DNA of 64,000 bases from contig JBGAWA010000003.1 of assembly GCA_044227805.1 (NCBI GenBank), positions 16,153-80,152 on the forward strand, written 5' to 3'. Positions 1-8,088 of the stretch are shown here, piece by piece. The notes under the pieces were generated by a model. It was not told where the DNA came from. It worked only from the letters and a program-made list of their open reading frames with translations, and made no database searches. Source of the DNA: Chitinophagales bacterium (GTDB taxonomy: Bacteria; Bacteroidota; Bacteroidia; Chitinophagales; UBA10324). Numbering within the stretch: position 1 is the first letter of the stretch; each line of letters begins with the position of its first letter. A program made the translations under genes and the position numbers.

Positions 1-3000
1 TTATCGCAACACGATCACCTTCGTTAATCCGCTGCTTCCGGTTCCATTGAACCGTACAAAGTAGATTCCTTCCGGCAGGTCACTCACTTCCATTTCCAGA
101 TCCGTCTCGGTGCCATTCCAGGAAACGCTGACTTGTTTTCTGGCAATACCCAACTCATCATACCAGCCGATTATTCCACTTTCCGAATCTGATGATGTCA
201 GATGCAGGGTGACCATGCCACGGGCGGGATTCGGAGTTGCTTTCAGCTGCACGCTTTCAATCAACGCCTTTTCATCCGATCCATTCGCCGGAGTTCCGAA
301 TGCAAGGGCAGGATTCTTCACCTTGAAGGTGAACGTGCAGGTACCGCACGACTGACCATTGCAGGTGGCACTGATCACCACACTATAGCTGCCGGTTGTT
401 GTTGGCGTGAATGTAATGGGCAGTGATGTTCCGCTCTGAATGAGCACCGCGCCTTTGTTTATGGTCCATGTATAAACCGCATTACATGCCGGTCCACCCT
501 GGCAAGTATAACCTCCTCCCACAGTGATAGGAAATCCTAGCTTCGAGTTATAGGTGGTGCCGCACGACTGATCAATATAGGAAACATTGCTCGTGGTGAC
601 GTTGAAGGGTGTCCATGCCCCGCAATTGCAGTTTTCCGTCACATAGAAGGTCATCGAACAACTGTCACACAGGTTGCCGCCGCAATAGCCATATAACATC
701 AGCGTATAGTTGCCGGCAGTGTTAAAGGTGAAGGAAGGAAGTCCTGTTCCTGATGAGGGACTTGCACCGGGTAAACTCCAGGTGATCTGTGACTGGCAGA
801 CAGCGGGATCACCGTTGCAGCCAAATCCACCGGTGGTGAAAGTATAAGCTGTTCCGGTAACCACCTGGTCAAATTGAGCCCCGCAATACATCACACTGGT
901 ATTCAAAACACCATTCACCACGGCGTCGGCAGTAAATGTTGACCAGTGTCCACAGGCACAAGGCTCAACCACCACAAAGCTAATGGTGCAGGAGTCACAG
1001 ATAGTGCCTCCGCATGACGCATACAGCTTAAGTACATACGTACCGGCACTGTTCAGAGTAAAGGAAGGTAATCCGGTTCCTGATGATGGTGATGCGCCTG
1101 CAATGCTCCAAGTGATATTGGAGGAACAGGTAGCGTCATTGCCGGTACAGAAATACATCGGTGTGGTGAAACTGATGGTAACGCCCGGCAGAAGATTATC
1201 AAGCGTGGCACCACATTCCACGAGTTGTGTATTCGATGACCCTGCAGGTACAGGATCAACATGAATTTCAAAAATATCATCCCAATGGCCACAGGCACAA
1301 GACTCTTCACAATCTGGTATAGTAAAGCAGACCGTGTCAACGGCATGACAACAACAACCGATGCTGTCGAGCAGCGTGATGTGATAGCAGACCACAGAGC
1401 CTGCCGGAAGCGCTGTATTGAAGGTGACGGTCTGCGTGTAGCTGCCGCCTGGCGCAAGCGGCGGATAGTTGAATACGAGCGGGAAGTTATTCAGCATGCC
1501 TGTCGGATTCAGATAATCTATCACTGCCTGGCTGATTGGATTCGCACTGTTGTTGGTGAGCGTGAAGCTGTATTGGTACGTGCCATTACCCAGGCAGATG
1601 ATGGTATCCTCCACCGTCCCGCATGGATTGAGTGGTTCTGAGATGCAGTAGAATTTCAGCGTATCTGAACATGCGATACTGTCATCTCCCATTGCATTTG
1701 GCGTTAGCCAGTTCAGCACCACGATTTGTGGTGAAGGTGTTCCTGGTGCAAGGGCCAGACACATGGTGAAAAGTCCTGGCGTATTCCCGGTAGGTATGAA
1801 ACCGGTATTCGGTTCATATATTACCGTGGAGGCATTGTTCACCGGTGAATTCCACGATCCTGTATACGCTCCTCCCAGATAAGTGGAACCGATGGTAGCG
1901 CCTACCGTGATGGGTGTCACCTGTATTCCGGAAAAATATCCGCCATTGTAATTGTTATACAGCGAAACAGTTTTGCAACAGGAAGAATCTTCATCTGTTG
2001 AGCTGATGCTGATGTTATCACAAGGCACGCAATCCGGAATAGGAATACAGATGGAATCGTAGCAACAGGTATCGCCATAGATCAGAATGGAATGCAGACA
2101 GAATTCGTCAGGCACTGGCGTATTGGGCGGCAAACTCAGAATCAGCGGAGTTGCAGGGAACCATCCGCTTGAGCTGTTTGGTGGAAGATTCAGGAACTGA
2201 TAATAATAGCTTAATCCATTCACCATAAACGGCGAAGTGAAATTATTTAACATGATGGAAGCTGACTGTGTTGCATTCAGGTTGTTGACATTGAGCTGGA
2301 AGGAATAAGTGCCATCGAGGTTACACCAGATGGTATCTGTCATCGTGTAACACTGTGCTGAGTCACAGCTTCTTGGTGTGTATTCAAACGACGTGCTGTC
2401 CACACAGCCATTGGCAGTGGTGGCAATCAGTTTTATTACATAGGCAACTCCGTAATTCGGCATATTGCCCGGATTCAGTCCGAGGTTTTGCAGGTTGCTG
2501 ACATTCACACCATTTATCTGCCAGTCGTACATTATCATTCCGGGAGGGCCATGTATCGTGTCTGCCAGCGGGTTGATGCATCCTGAATCGCAACCGATGG
2601 GTAACAGGCTCAGGTCAGGTAAAGGAAATATAACCACATTATCATTGGCGGTGGCCGTGCATCCGCTGCCGGGATCTGTAACAGTTACCGTATAAAGGCC
2701 GCTGCTGTAAACATTGATGGTCGTTGTTACCGCACCGGTGCTCCATAAATAATTTACAGACGGAGGAAGGCCTGTGGCCGTGAGGGTAACCGCGCTCGGG
2801 GCACAAATGCCTCCCGGATTTGAATTGCTGATAGTAACCGTGGGGGAAGGATTGACGGTGATGGTAATTGATGCATTGGACTGGCACCCTGTTACATCGT
2901 CAGTGGCAAGCACATTATAGGTATAGGTTCCAGCAGCCAGGAGACCCGGTGAATAGGTGGCACCGGTAAACAAGAGGACATTAGCATTATCAAACCATTT

Positions 3001-5487
3001 AATAGTATAACCTGCGCCAAGACCAGAACTGAGTGTGATGGCCTGCGCCGAACACAGCGGCTGAGGGCTTGCTGAAAGTGTCAATACCGGCAATGGATTA
3101 ACGACAATAGCAGCGGGATTGCTTTGAATTATACATCCGTTGAAGTCGGTTACCACGCAATAGTAATTTCCGGAGGTAACGGCAAGATGCAATGGAAAGG
3201 TTTCGCCACTGAGCGCTGTTCCGTTTAAGTACCATTGATACGAAGTGTAACCGGGTCCGGCATCCAGCAATACACTGCCACAACCCGGCGAATTGTAGAT
3301 CAGGTTGAATGGGGGCGGCGGTGGATTAATCGTTACTGTTCCGGAAGAAGTGGTTGAGCAACCGGCACCGCTGGTAGCAGTAACGGTCACTGTATAAGAA
3401 AGCGGTCCCGGTGGCGGGAAAGTGTGGGATGGATTAGAAACCGTTGAAAATGTTCCATCCCCAAAGTTCCAGCTCCAGCTTACAATTGGTGGATTGGAAC
3501 CCATATCAAATGCATTAAACTGTACCGGCGCATTGCAGGCACTCGTCACAAAATTGGCCAATATTGATGGTGCGTTAACGGTTACCGGAATGGTAATCTT
3601 TGCCTGACAAAGTCCTATGGTTACGGTGAGCGTTACATTATATACTCCTCCGTTAGGATAAATGAATGAAGGATTCTGCAAGCTGGAGGTATTGTTGCCT
3701 GGATCACCGAATTGCCAGAACCAACTGCTGATAGGACCGGAAAGGAACGTAGAGAGATCGGTAAATTGAACGGTGCTGCAATTCACCAGCGTGCTGAAGT
3801 TAGCCGCCACAGGCACCGTTACATTGGTGCAGGCCGTTGCACCCGGATCACAAGGCGATCCTCCACCAAAAGTATAACACACCTGGTAGGTTCCAACCTG
3901 TGAATAAGTATGCAAAACAGTATTGCCTGATGCGCCAGGAGAACCATCTCCAAAATTCCATACAGCCGTGCCGATGCAATTGCTGTTGGTTACAAAGGTA
4001 AAGTCATTACATACAGGGACACCCTGAGTAACGGTAGGTGTGTTTGCCGTACACACAGGATTTCCGCTATATGGGCAAACATCATTGTTGCAATGAACAT
4101 AGAATGAATAGGTTGATGTAGGACAAGCCAGGTTGCCAGGGTTCGGTACGGTAACCGAATAGAGGCCGGGAACTATAACGCTGATTGTTTGCGTGGTTTG
4201 TCCGCCGGGGCTCCAGGAATAACTGGCTGCCGCTGGTGAAGTCAGCGTTGTGGGAGACATCAGGTTTCCGGTGACGAAGTCACAGTTGCCACCATCTACA
4301 CAAGTTGGACAAGGTGCTCCGCATCCACACAGTATGGTATGCGATTGGGTTTTTGAACAACCATTGGCGGTAGTTACCGTTACGGAATAAGTCCCGGGTG
4401 TGGTAACGGTTGTAGTGTTACCCGTTCCTCCATTAGACCATAAAAAAGTATAAGGACCATTTACCGTTTGGAGCGTAACAGCAGGGCTGAAAAGGCCTGT
4501 CAAAGGATCGCACGATCCGGTTGCAGGGCCTAAAGGATTTGAAACGGTGGGCTCAGGAAAGGTGGGAGCCAATGCATAGGCGATTTTCGTACAGCCATTG
4601 GCGCCGGTGGCCACAACATAATAGTTTCCGGGAGCTACATAAGGAGTGGACAAGGGGCTGCCGGATCCAATAGCAGAACCATTTGCAAGAAACCATGCAT
4701 AGCTCACACCACCGGTAGCGGTAAGACTGACATTTACTCCGGTACAGCCACCGGTAGCGGCAGCCGTAGGTGTGGGCAAAGGAAGAATGTTGATGACCGG
4801 CGTTGTGAAAGTGCCGGTGAGATTGCCGCAGATGGTTTCCGTAATCGTGATAGTTGCCGTTGGCGGACTGATCACGAACCACTTAATGTCAACGGTGGTG
4901 GTGGTCTGATTCACGATCACACCGGCATTGGCAGGACTGATAGTGACATTAACCGTTGAATTTCCCGGATAAGAAAGGGCGATGTTGTAAGTGGTATTCA
5001 CATCAGGGCAGGCAGACGATGGGCCGGTTATCGTGGGTGCCGGCGTTGCAAATCCATTGACAGTAATGGTGGTGGACGGTCCTGCACATCCAATGGAACT
5101 CACCGGAGTAACGGTAATCGTACCGGAGGAAAACACATTCGGAATATTGGCAGTAACCGGATTTGCGGAAGCATTATTAAAAGTTATTCCACCGGTTGAA
5201 GTCCAATTGTAGGTGACGCCAGGACCTGATCCTGCCGCAGTATAATTGTAAGGCGTTCCCGGGCAAACAGTTGGATTTGGAGAGATAGTAGCTTGCAACG
5301 GTGCGGGCAATACCACCACTGTGATGGTCTGTGGCGGATTGCAGGCCGTGTTGGGAACAGCAGGCACAGCTGTAATGACGTAAGTGCCAGCAGTGGTAAA
5401 ATTAAATGTAGCGTTTGGGCTGTTCAGCACCGTGCCTACCGATGGAGTAGTCGTCCAGTCACAATTGAAAGGTAAGAAGTTTTGCAA
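1..5487 (-). CDS. Giant cell-surface adhesin-like protein, distal 1828-aa frame with PKD/Ig-like repeats, Cys-rich modules and a T9SS C-terminal sorting domain
   Basis: Repeated PKD signatures (WNFGDGSPG, WQFGDPGNN, WNFGDGTF). Many Ig-like T/S/G-rich ~80-aa repeats. The C-terminal ~85 aa (LKATPNPARGMVTLHL...GIYFVRFNG...KVIVLR) looks like a Por/T9SS CTD. The stop is at 1-3. There is no signal peptide at the TTG 'start', so this is probably the downstream part of the 5514..6716 gene. Confidence 0.85.
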   Translation of the reverse strand: MQNFLPFNCDWTTTPSVGTVLNSPNATFNFTTAGTYVITAVPAVPNTACNPPQTITVVVLPAPLQATISPNPTVCPGTPYNYTAAGSGPGVTYNWTSTGGITFNNASANPVTANIPNVFSSGTITVTPVSSIGCAGPSTTITVNGFATPAPTITGPSSACPDVNTTYNIALSYPGNSTVNVTISPANAGVIVNQTTTTVDIKWFVISPPTATITITETICGNLTGTFTTPVINILPLPTPTAAATGGCTGVNVSLTATGGVSYAWFLANGSAIGSGSPLSTPYVAPGNYYVVATGANGCTKIAYALAPTFPEPTVSNPLGPATGSCDPLTGLFSPAVTLQTVNGPYTFLWSNGGTGNTTTVTTPGTYSVTVTTANGCSKTQSHTILCGCGAPCPTCVDGGNCDFVTGNLMSPTTLTSPAAASYSWSPGGQTTQTISVIVPGLYSVTVPNPGNLACPTSTYSFYVHCNNDVCPYSGNPVCTANTPTVTQGVPVCNDFTFVTNSNCIGTAVWNFGDGSPGASGNTVLHTYSQVGTYQVCYTFGGGSPCDPGATACTNVTVPVAANFSTLVNCSTVQFTDLSTFLSGPISSWFWQFGDPGNNTSSLQNPSFIYPNGGVYNVTLTVTIGLCQAKITIPVTVNAPSILANFVTSACNAPVQFNAFDMGSNPPIVSWSWNFGDGTFSTVSNPSHTFPPPGPLSYTVTVTATSGAGCSTTSSGTVTINPPPPPFNLIYNSPGCGSVLLDAGPGYTSYQWYLNGTALSGETFPLHLAVTSGNYYCVVTDFNGCIIQSNPAAIVVNPLPVLTLSASPQPLCSAQAITLSSGLGAGYTIKWFDNANVLLFTGATYSPGLLAAGTYTYNVLATDDVTGCQSNASITITVNPSPTVTISNSNPGGICAPSAVTLTATGLPPSVNYLWSTGAVTTTINVYSSGLYTVTVTDPGSGCTATANDNVVIFPLPDLSLLPIGCDSGCINPLADTIHGPPGMIMYDWQINGVNVSNLQNLGLNPGNMPNYGVAYVIKLIATTANGCVDSTSFEYTPRSCDSAQCYTMTDTIWCNLDGTYSFQLNVNNLNATQSASIMLNNFTSPFMVNGLSYYYQFLNLPPNSSSGWFPATPLILSLPPNTPVPDEFCLHSILIYGDTCCYDSICIPIPDCVPCDNISISSTDEDSSCCKTVSLYNNYNGGYFSGIQVTPITVGATIGSTYLGGAYTGSWNSPVNNASTVIYEPNTGFIPTGNTPGLFTMCLALAPGTPSPQIVVLNWLTPNAMGDDSIACSDTLKFYCISEPLNPCGTVEDTIICLGNGTYQYSFTLTNNSANPISQAVIDYLNPTGMLNNFPLVFNYPPLAPGGSYTQTVTFNTALPAGSVVCYHITLLDSIGCCCHAVDTVCFTIPDCEESCACGHWDDIFEIHVDPVPAGSSNTQLVECGATLDNLLPGVTISFTTPMYFCTGNDATCSSNITWSIAGASPSSGTGLPSFTLNSAGTYVLKLYASCGGTICDSCTISFVVVEPCACGHWSTFTADAVVNGVLNTSVMYCGAQFDQVVTGTAYTFTTGGFGCNGDPAVCQSQITWSLPGASPSSGTGLPSFTFNTAGNYTLMLYGYCGGNLCDSCSMTFYVTENCNCGAWTPFNVTTSNVSYIDQSCGTTYNSKLGFPITVGGGYTCQGGPACNAVYTWTINKGAVLIQSGTSLPITFTPTTTGSYSVVISATCNGQSCGTCTFTFKVKNPALAFGTPANGSDEKALIESVQLKATPNPARGMVTLHLTSSDSESGIIGWYDELGIARKQVSVSWNGTETDLEMEVSDLPEGIYFVRFNGTGSSGLTKVIVLR

Positions 5488-5513
5488 GGCGGAATAAGTG
5501 CCGGAAGTGTTTT

Positions 5514-6716
5514 CTAAAGTGAATCAGGCCCGGAGATGCTGTATTTATCCAGTACGTTGATGGTTAAGGTAGCATCACCTTCACATTCCAGCACATCGTT
5601 GCTCATGTGGCAGGTGAGTACATATGTGCCTACACACGGGAAGTTGATTGTTTGCAAATATGCAGGAGAGCTTGCCGGTAATGTGGTAGTGGTATTGGTA
5701 CAAGGTTCAGTAAGAGTCCAGGTGTATTGCGCGCCGGGAATAACAGGTGCGGAATAAGTATTCATGGAAGGTGAGCAAACAACTGAAGGCCCGTTAATCG
5801 TAAAAGGTCCGTTGGGCATGATGGGAATAGTAGCTACTGTTGCGACGGGACAAGTGGCGGGAGTGCATAAAGTAGTAGCCAGCGAAAGTGAGCCGGCAGG
5901 GCCTGCTCCCCAATTCACCGTAACACAGTTTGCATTGTTGGGTCCTTGTATCGTGCCGGTGCCACCGAGGATAGACCAGTTATAGGTACCACATACTGCA
6001 TTCGTGCAATATTGCACTCCCTGGGTGCCGCCGCATACAGGAGAAATGCAAAAAATATCAGGACCTGAAGAGGAGTCAACGGTTACGCAATATTGTGCTG
6101 TATCACTGCAACAAGCGCTATGAGCAGTCAGCAAAACGGTATACGTGCCGGGCGTAGTATAAGTATGACTTACGGTGCTGCCGGTAGTAGAAGTTGTAAA
6201 TCCATCCCCGAAATCCCAATCGCTGCTGATGATATTGGCATACGACCCGCTGCTGTTAAAGTTGATGGTGGTGTTGTTACAAATCTTAATGCAGCCGTTT
6301 ACAATGGAAAGGCCAGGGTCAAATCCAATAACAGCGGTTACGCCGGGTTCTACAATTACACATAAATGTGAGATGAGGGGAAAACCGTCAGGTCCTTTTA
6401 TCACAACAATCACCTGATAGGTGCCTGGTGAATTCCAGATTACAGTGATGGTCTGTGTTCCCTGTCCGCTCAGTATGGTTCCATCGCCATTGAGGTCCCA
6501 TTTTATATCCGTTCCTTGTCCGTCGGTCGTATAATCTACCGTATCACCTAAGCAAACATGAATGCAGTCCTGCCCGGTGCCACCACCTACTGATCCGGTA
6601 TCACAGGGATAGGTAGGATTTTGTGTGATCTTGGCAACATACTGTGCTGCGCTGAATTGTTGGGCGCTTATCAAAACAATGACAGCAGCTACAAGCCGGA
6701 GGAAAATTTTTTTCAT
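5514..6716 (-). CDS. Signal-peptide-bearing PKD/Ig-repeat protein, probably the N-terminal part of the same adhesin gene
   Basis: I moved the start to the ATG at 6716 (MKKIFLRLVAAVIVLISAQQFSAAQ is a signal peptide). PKD motif WDFGDGFTT. The same T/G/S-rich Ig-like repeat style as the ORF downstream. It ends only 27 nt before that ORF begins. Confidence 0.8.
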   Translation of the reverse strand: MKKIFLRLVAAVIVLISAQQFSAAQYVAKITQNPTYPCDTGSVGGGTGQDCIHVCLGDTVDYTTDGQGTDIKWDLNGDGTILSGQGTQTITVIWNSPGTYQVIVVIKGPDGFPLISHLCVIVEPGVTAVIGFDPGLSIVNGCIKICNNTTINFNSSGSYANIISSDWDFGDGFTTSTTGSTVSHTYTTPGTYTVLLTAHSACCSDTAQYCVTVDSSSGPDIFCISPVCGGTQGVQYCTNAVCGTYNWSILGGTGTIQGPNNANCVTVNWGAGPAGSLSLATTLCTPATCPVATVATIPIMPNGPFTINGPSVVCSPSMNTYSAPVIPGAQYTWTLTEPCTNTTTTLPASSPAYLQTINFPCVGTYVLTCHMSNDVLECEGDATLTINVLDKYSISGPDSL

Positions 6717-6751
6717 ACTTTTTAAATTTGAGGTTTGCAATAAGTTTATGC

Positions 6752-7111
6752 TTAATGATTGTGCGTATGGTAAGCGAGTACTACTGGCAGCCCTACTTCC
6801 CGGCTGTCTCTGACACCATGAATCCTGTATTCCCAAGACTCGTCTGATTCATGATCGTCAAATGGAGAGTTCACGGCAGTGGCAATGAATTCCCAAGGCT
6901 CAAGGGCGGATTTACGTTTGTAAATATTGACGGCATCGGCTGTCTTCTTGGTAAATCGTATTTGAATATATTCCTTCATGGAAATGAGCACCACCTCAGG
7001 CTGATAGGTTTCCCAATTTTCGTTGCCTTCATGATCAATGATTATTTTCGGTTCTTGCATCAGAAAAATAAAAATACAGGCAGGCAGCCCTGTCAGCAAG
7101 CCGTAACTCAT
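6752..7111 (-). CDS. Hypothetical small protein with a hydrophobic N-terminus and a possible beta-sandwich
   Basis: 119-aa ORF between the response regulator and the adhesin on the same strand. No family recognised. The start is uncertain (alternative M18, MQEPK). Confidence 0.45.
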   Translation of the reverse strand: MSYGLLTGLPACIFIFLMQEPKIIIDHEGNENWETYQPEVVLISMKEYIQIRFTKKTADAVNIYKRKSALEPWEFIATAVNSPFDDHESDESWEYRIHGVRDSREVGLPVVLAYHTHNH

Positions 7112-7160
7112 ATGTGTTATGGTGTGACGGATAAGTGTATGGAATGAGCGGGTAAGTGTG

Positions 7161-7220
7161 AATCCCTTTTTAAGAAGCTGATTGTCGTGGCGAAGCTGGA
7201 TTTTTCCACTGAAAACCCGG
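7161..7220 (+). repeat. Deletion-derivative copy of the hairpin-ended repeat family (copy F)
   Basis: aatccc...gtcgtggcgaagctggatttttccactgaaaacccgg matches the 5' tip and the last ~40 nt of copy A (gtcgcagcgaagcgggatttttccactgaaaaatccggg). It lies just 3' of the LytTR regulator gene. Confidence 0.6.
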
Positions 7221-7244
7221 CATAAACAGGAAGTCCTGAATTAC

Positions 7245-7976
7245 TTATAACTCTGTGAGCTTCTTCAGAAAGTTATCCTTTCTTCTTGCAGACACATCGA
7301 GTGATGTTCCGTTTTTCATCACCACATAACCTCCGCTTCCTTTCACATACTTGCTGATTTGGTGAAGCCGTACGATGTGTGAATGATGAATCCGGAAAAA
7401 TCCCAGTGGCTCCAGCATCTCTTCATATTCCTTCAGTGGCTTGGAAACAACATATTTCTGTCCGTCGCCGGTATGCAGCACGGTATAGCTTCCTTCTGCA
7501 GAAAGAAAAACCAGGTCGCTGATGTCGACAAAAGCAAAGCCTTCGAGTGTAGGCAGTGCCAGTCGTTTCAAAGGACCGTTTTCCGGCGCCTTCACCAATT
7601 GATCAATGCGTTCCGTCTGCGACTGTTGCAGCGCTTTTTCCACTGCCGATTTTGTCTCTTCAATGCTGATGGGTTTGAGAAGGAAATCAACGGCGGAAAA
7701 CTTAATAGCCGGCAAGGCATAGTGATCATAGGCTGTCGTGAAAATCGTTTTGAAGGGACGGTGTTCAAAATGCCGCAATACATCAAGGCCTGTTCCATCC
7801 GACAGTTCTGCATCGAGGAAAATCAGGCTGGGACTTTTTTCTTTGATCAGCGCGATTGCTTCTCTCACGCCGGCGGCCCTTCCACTGTACTGCATCACCG
7901 GGAAATGATGCAGCATAATCTGCAACAGTACATTCGCGCCATGATCTTCATCTTCAATAATAACAAAGGAGAACAT
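7245..7976 (-). CDS. LytTR-family two-component response regulator
   Basis: N-terminal receiver domain (VIIEDE...LDAELSDGTG...KP) and C-terminal LytTR DNA-binding domain (FFRIHHSHIVRLHQI). Confidence 0.9.
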   Translation of the reverse strand: MFSFVIIEDEDHGANVLLQIMLHHFPVMQYSGRAAGVREAIALIKEKSPSLIFLDAELSDGTGLDVLRHFEHRPFKTIFTTAYDHYALPAIKFSAVDFLLKPISIEETKSAVEKALQQSQTERIDQLVKAPENGPLKRLALPTLEGFAFVDISDLVFLSAEGSYTVLHTGDGQKYVVSKPLKEYEEMLEPLGFFRIHHSHIVRLHQISKYVKGSGGYVVMKNGTSLDVSARRKDNFLKKLTEL

Positions 7977-8088
7977 TTGCCGGAACTTTTGAAGCGCATG
8001 AAATATACTTTAAATATTCATGGTGGCTGTAAATATTGCTTGAAATATGCCGGCATGCGACATCCCCTCTTTCCTGATAATAACGAAA

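Noticed and set aside
110-5475. About 20 ORFs of 60-135 aa on both strands inside the giant adhesin gene (for example 1053..1457, 1261..1641, 4553..4882).
   Set aside because: They are all nested within a 5.5-kb ORF that has clear domain content. They have low-complexity or odd composition (R/H/C-rich), which is typical of shadow frames in a repetitive gene.
5514-5526. Programmed -1 ribosomal frameshift joining the two adhesin frames.
   Set aside because: There is no X XXY YYZ slippery heptamer or homopolymer in the 10-nt overlap (ggg cct gat tca ctt tag). A mutation or assembly indel is the simpler explanation.
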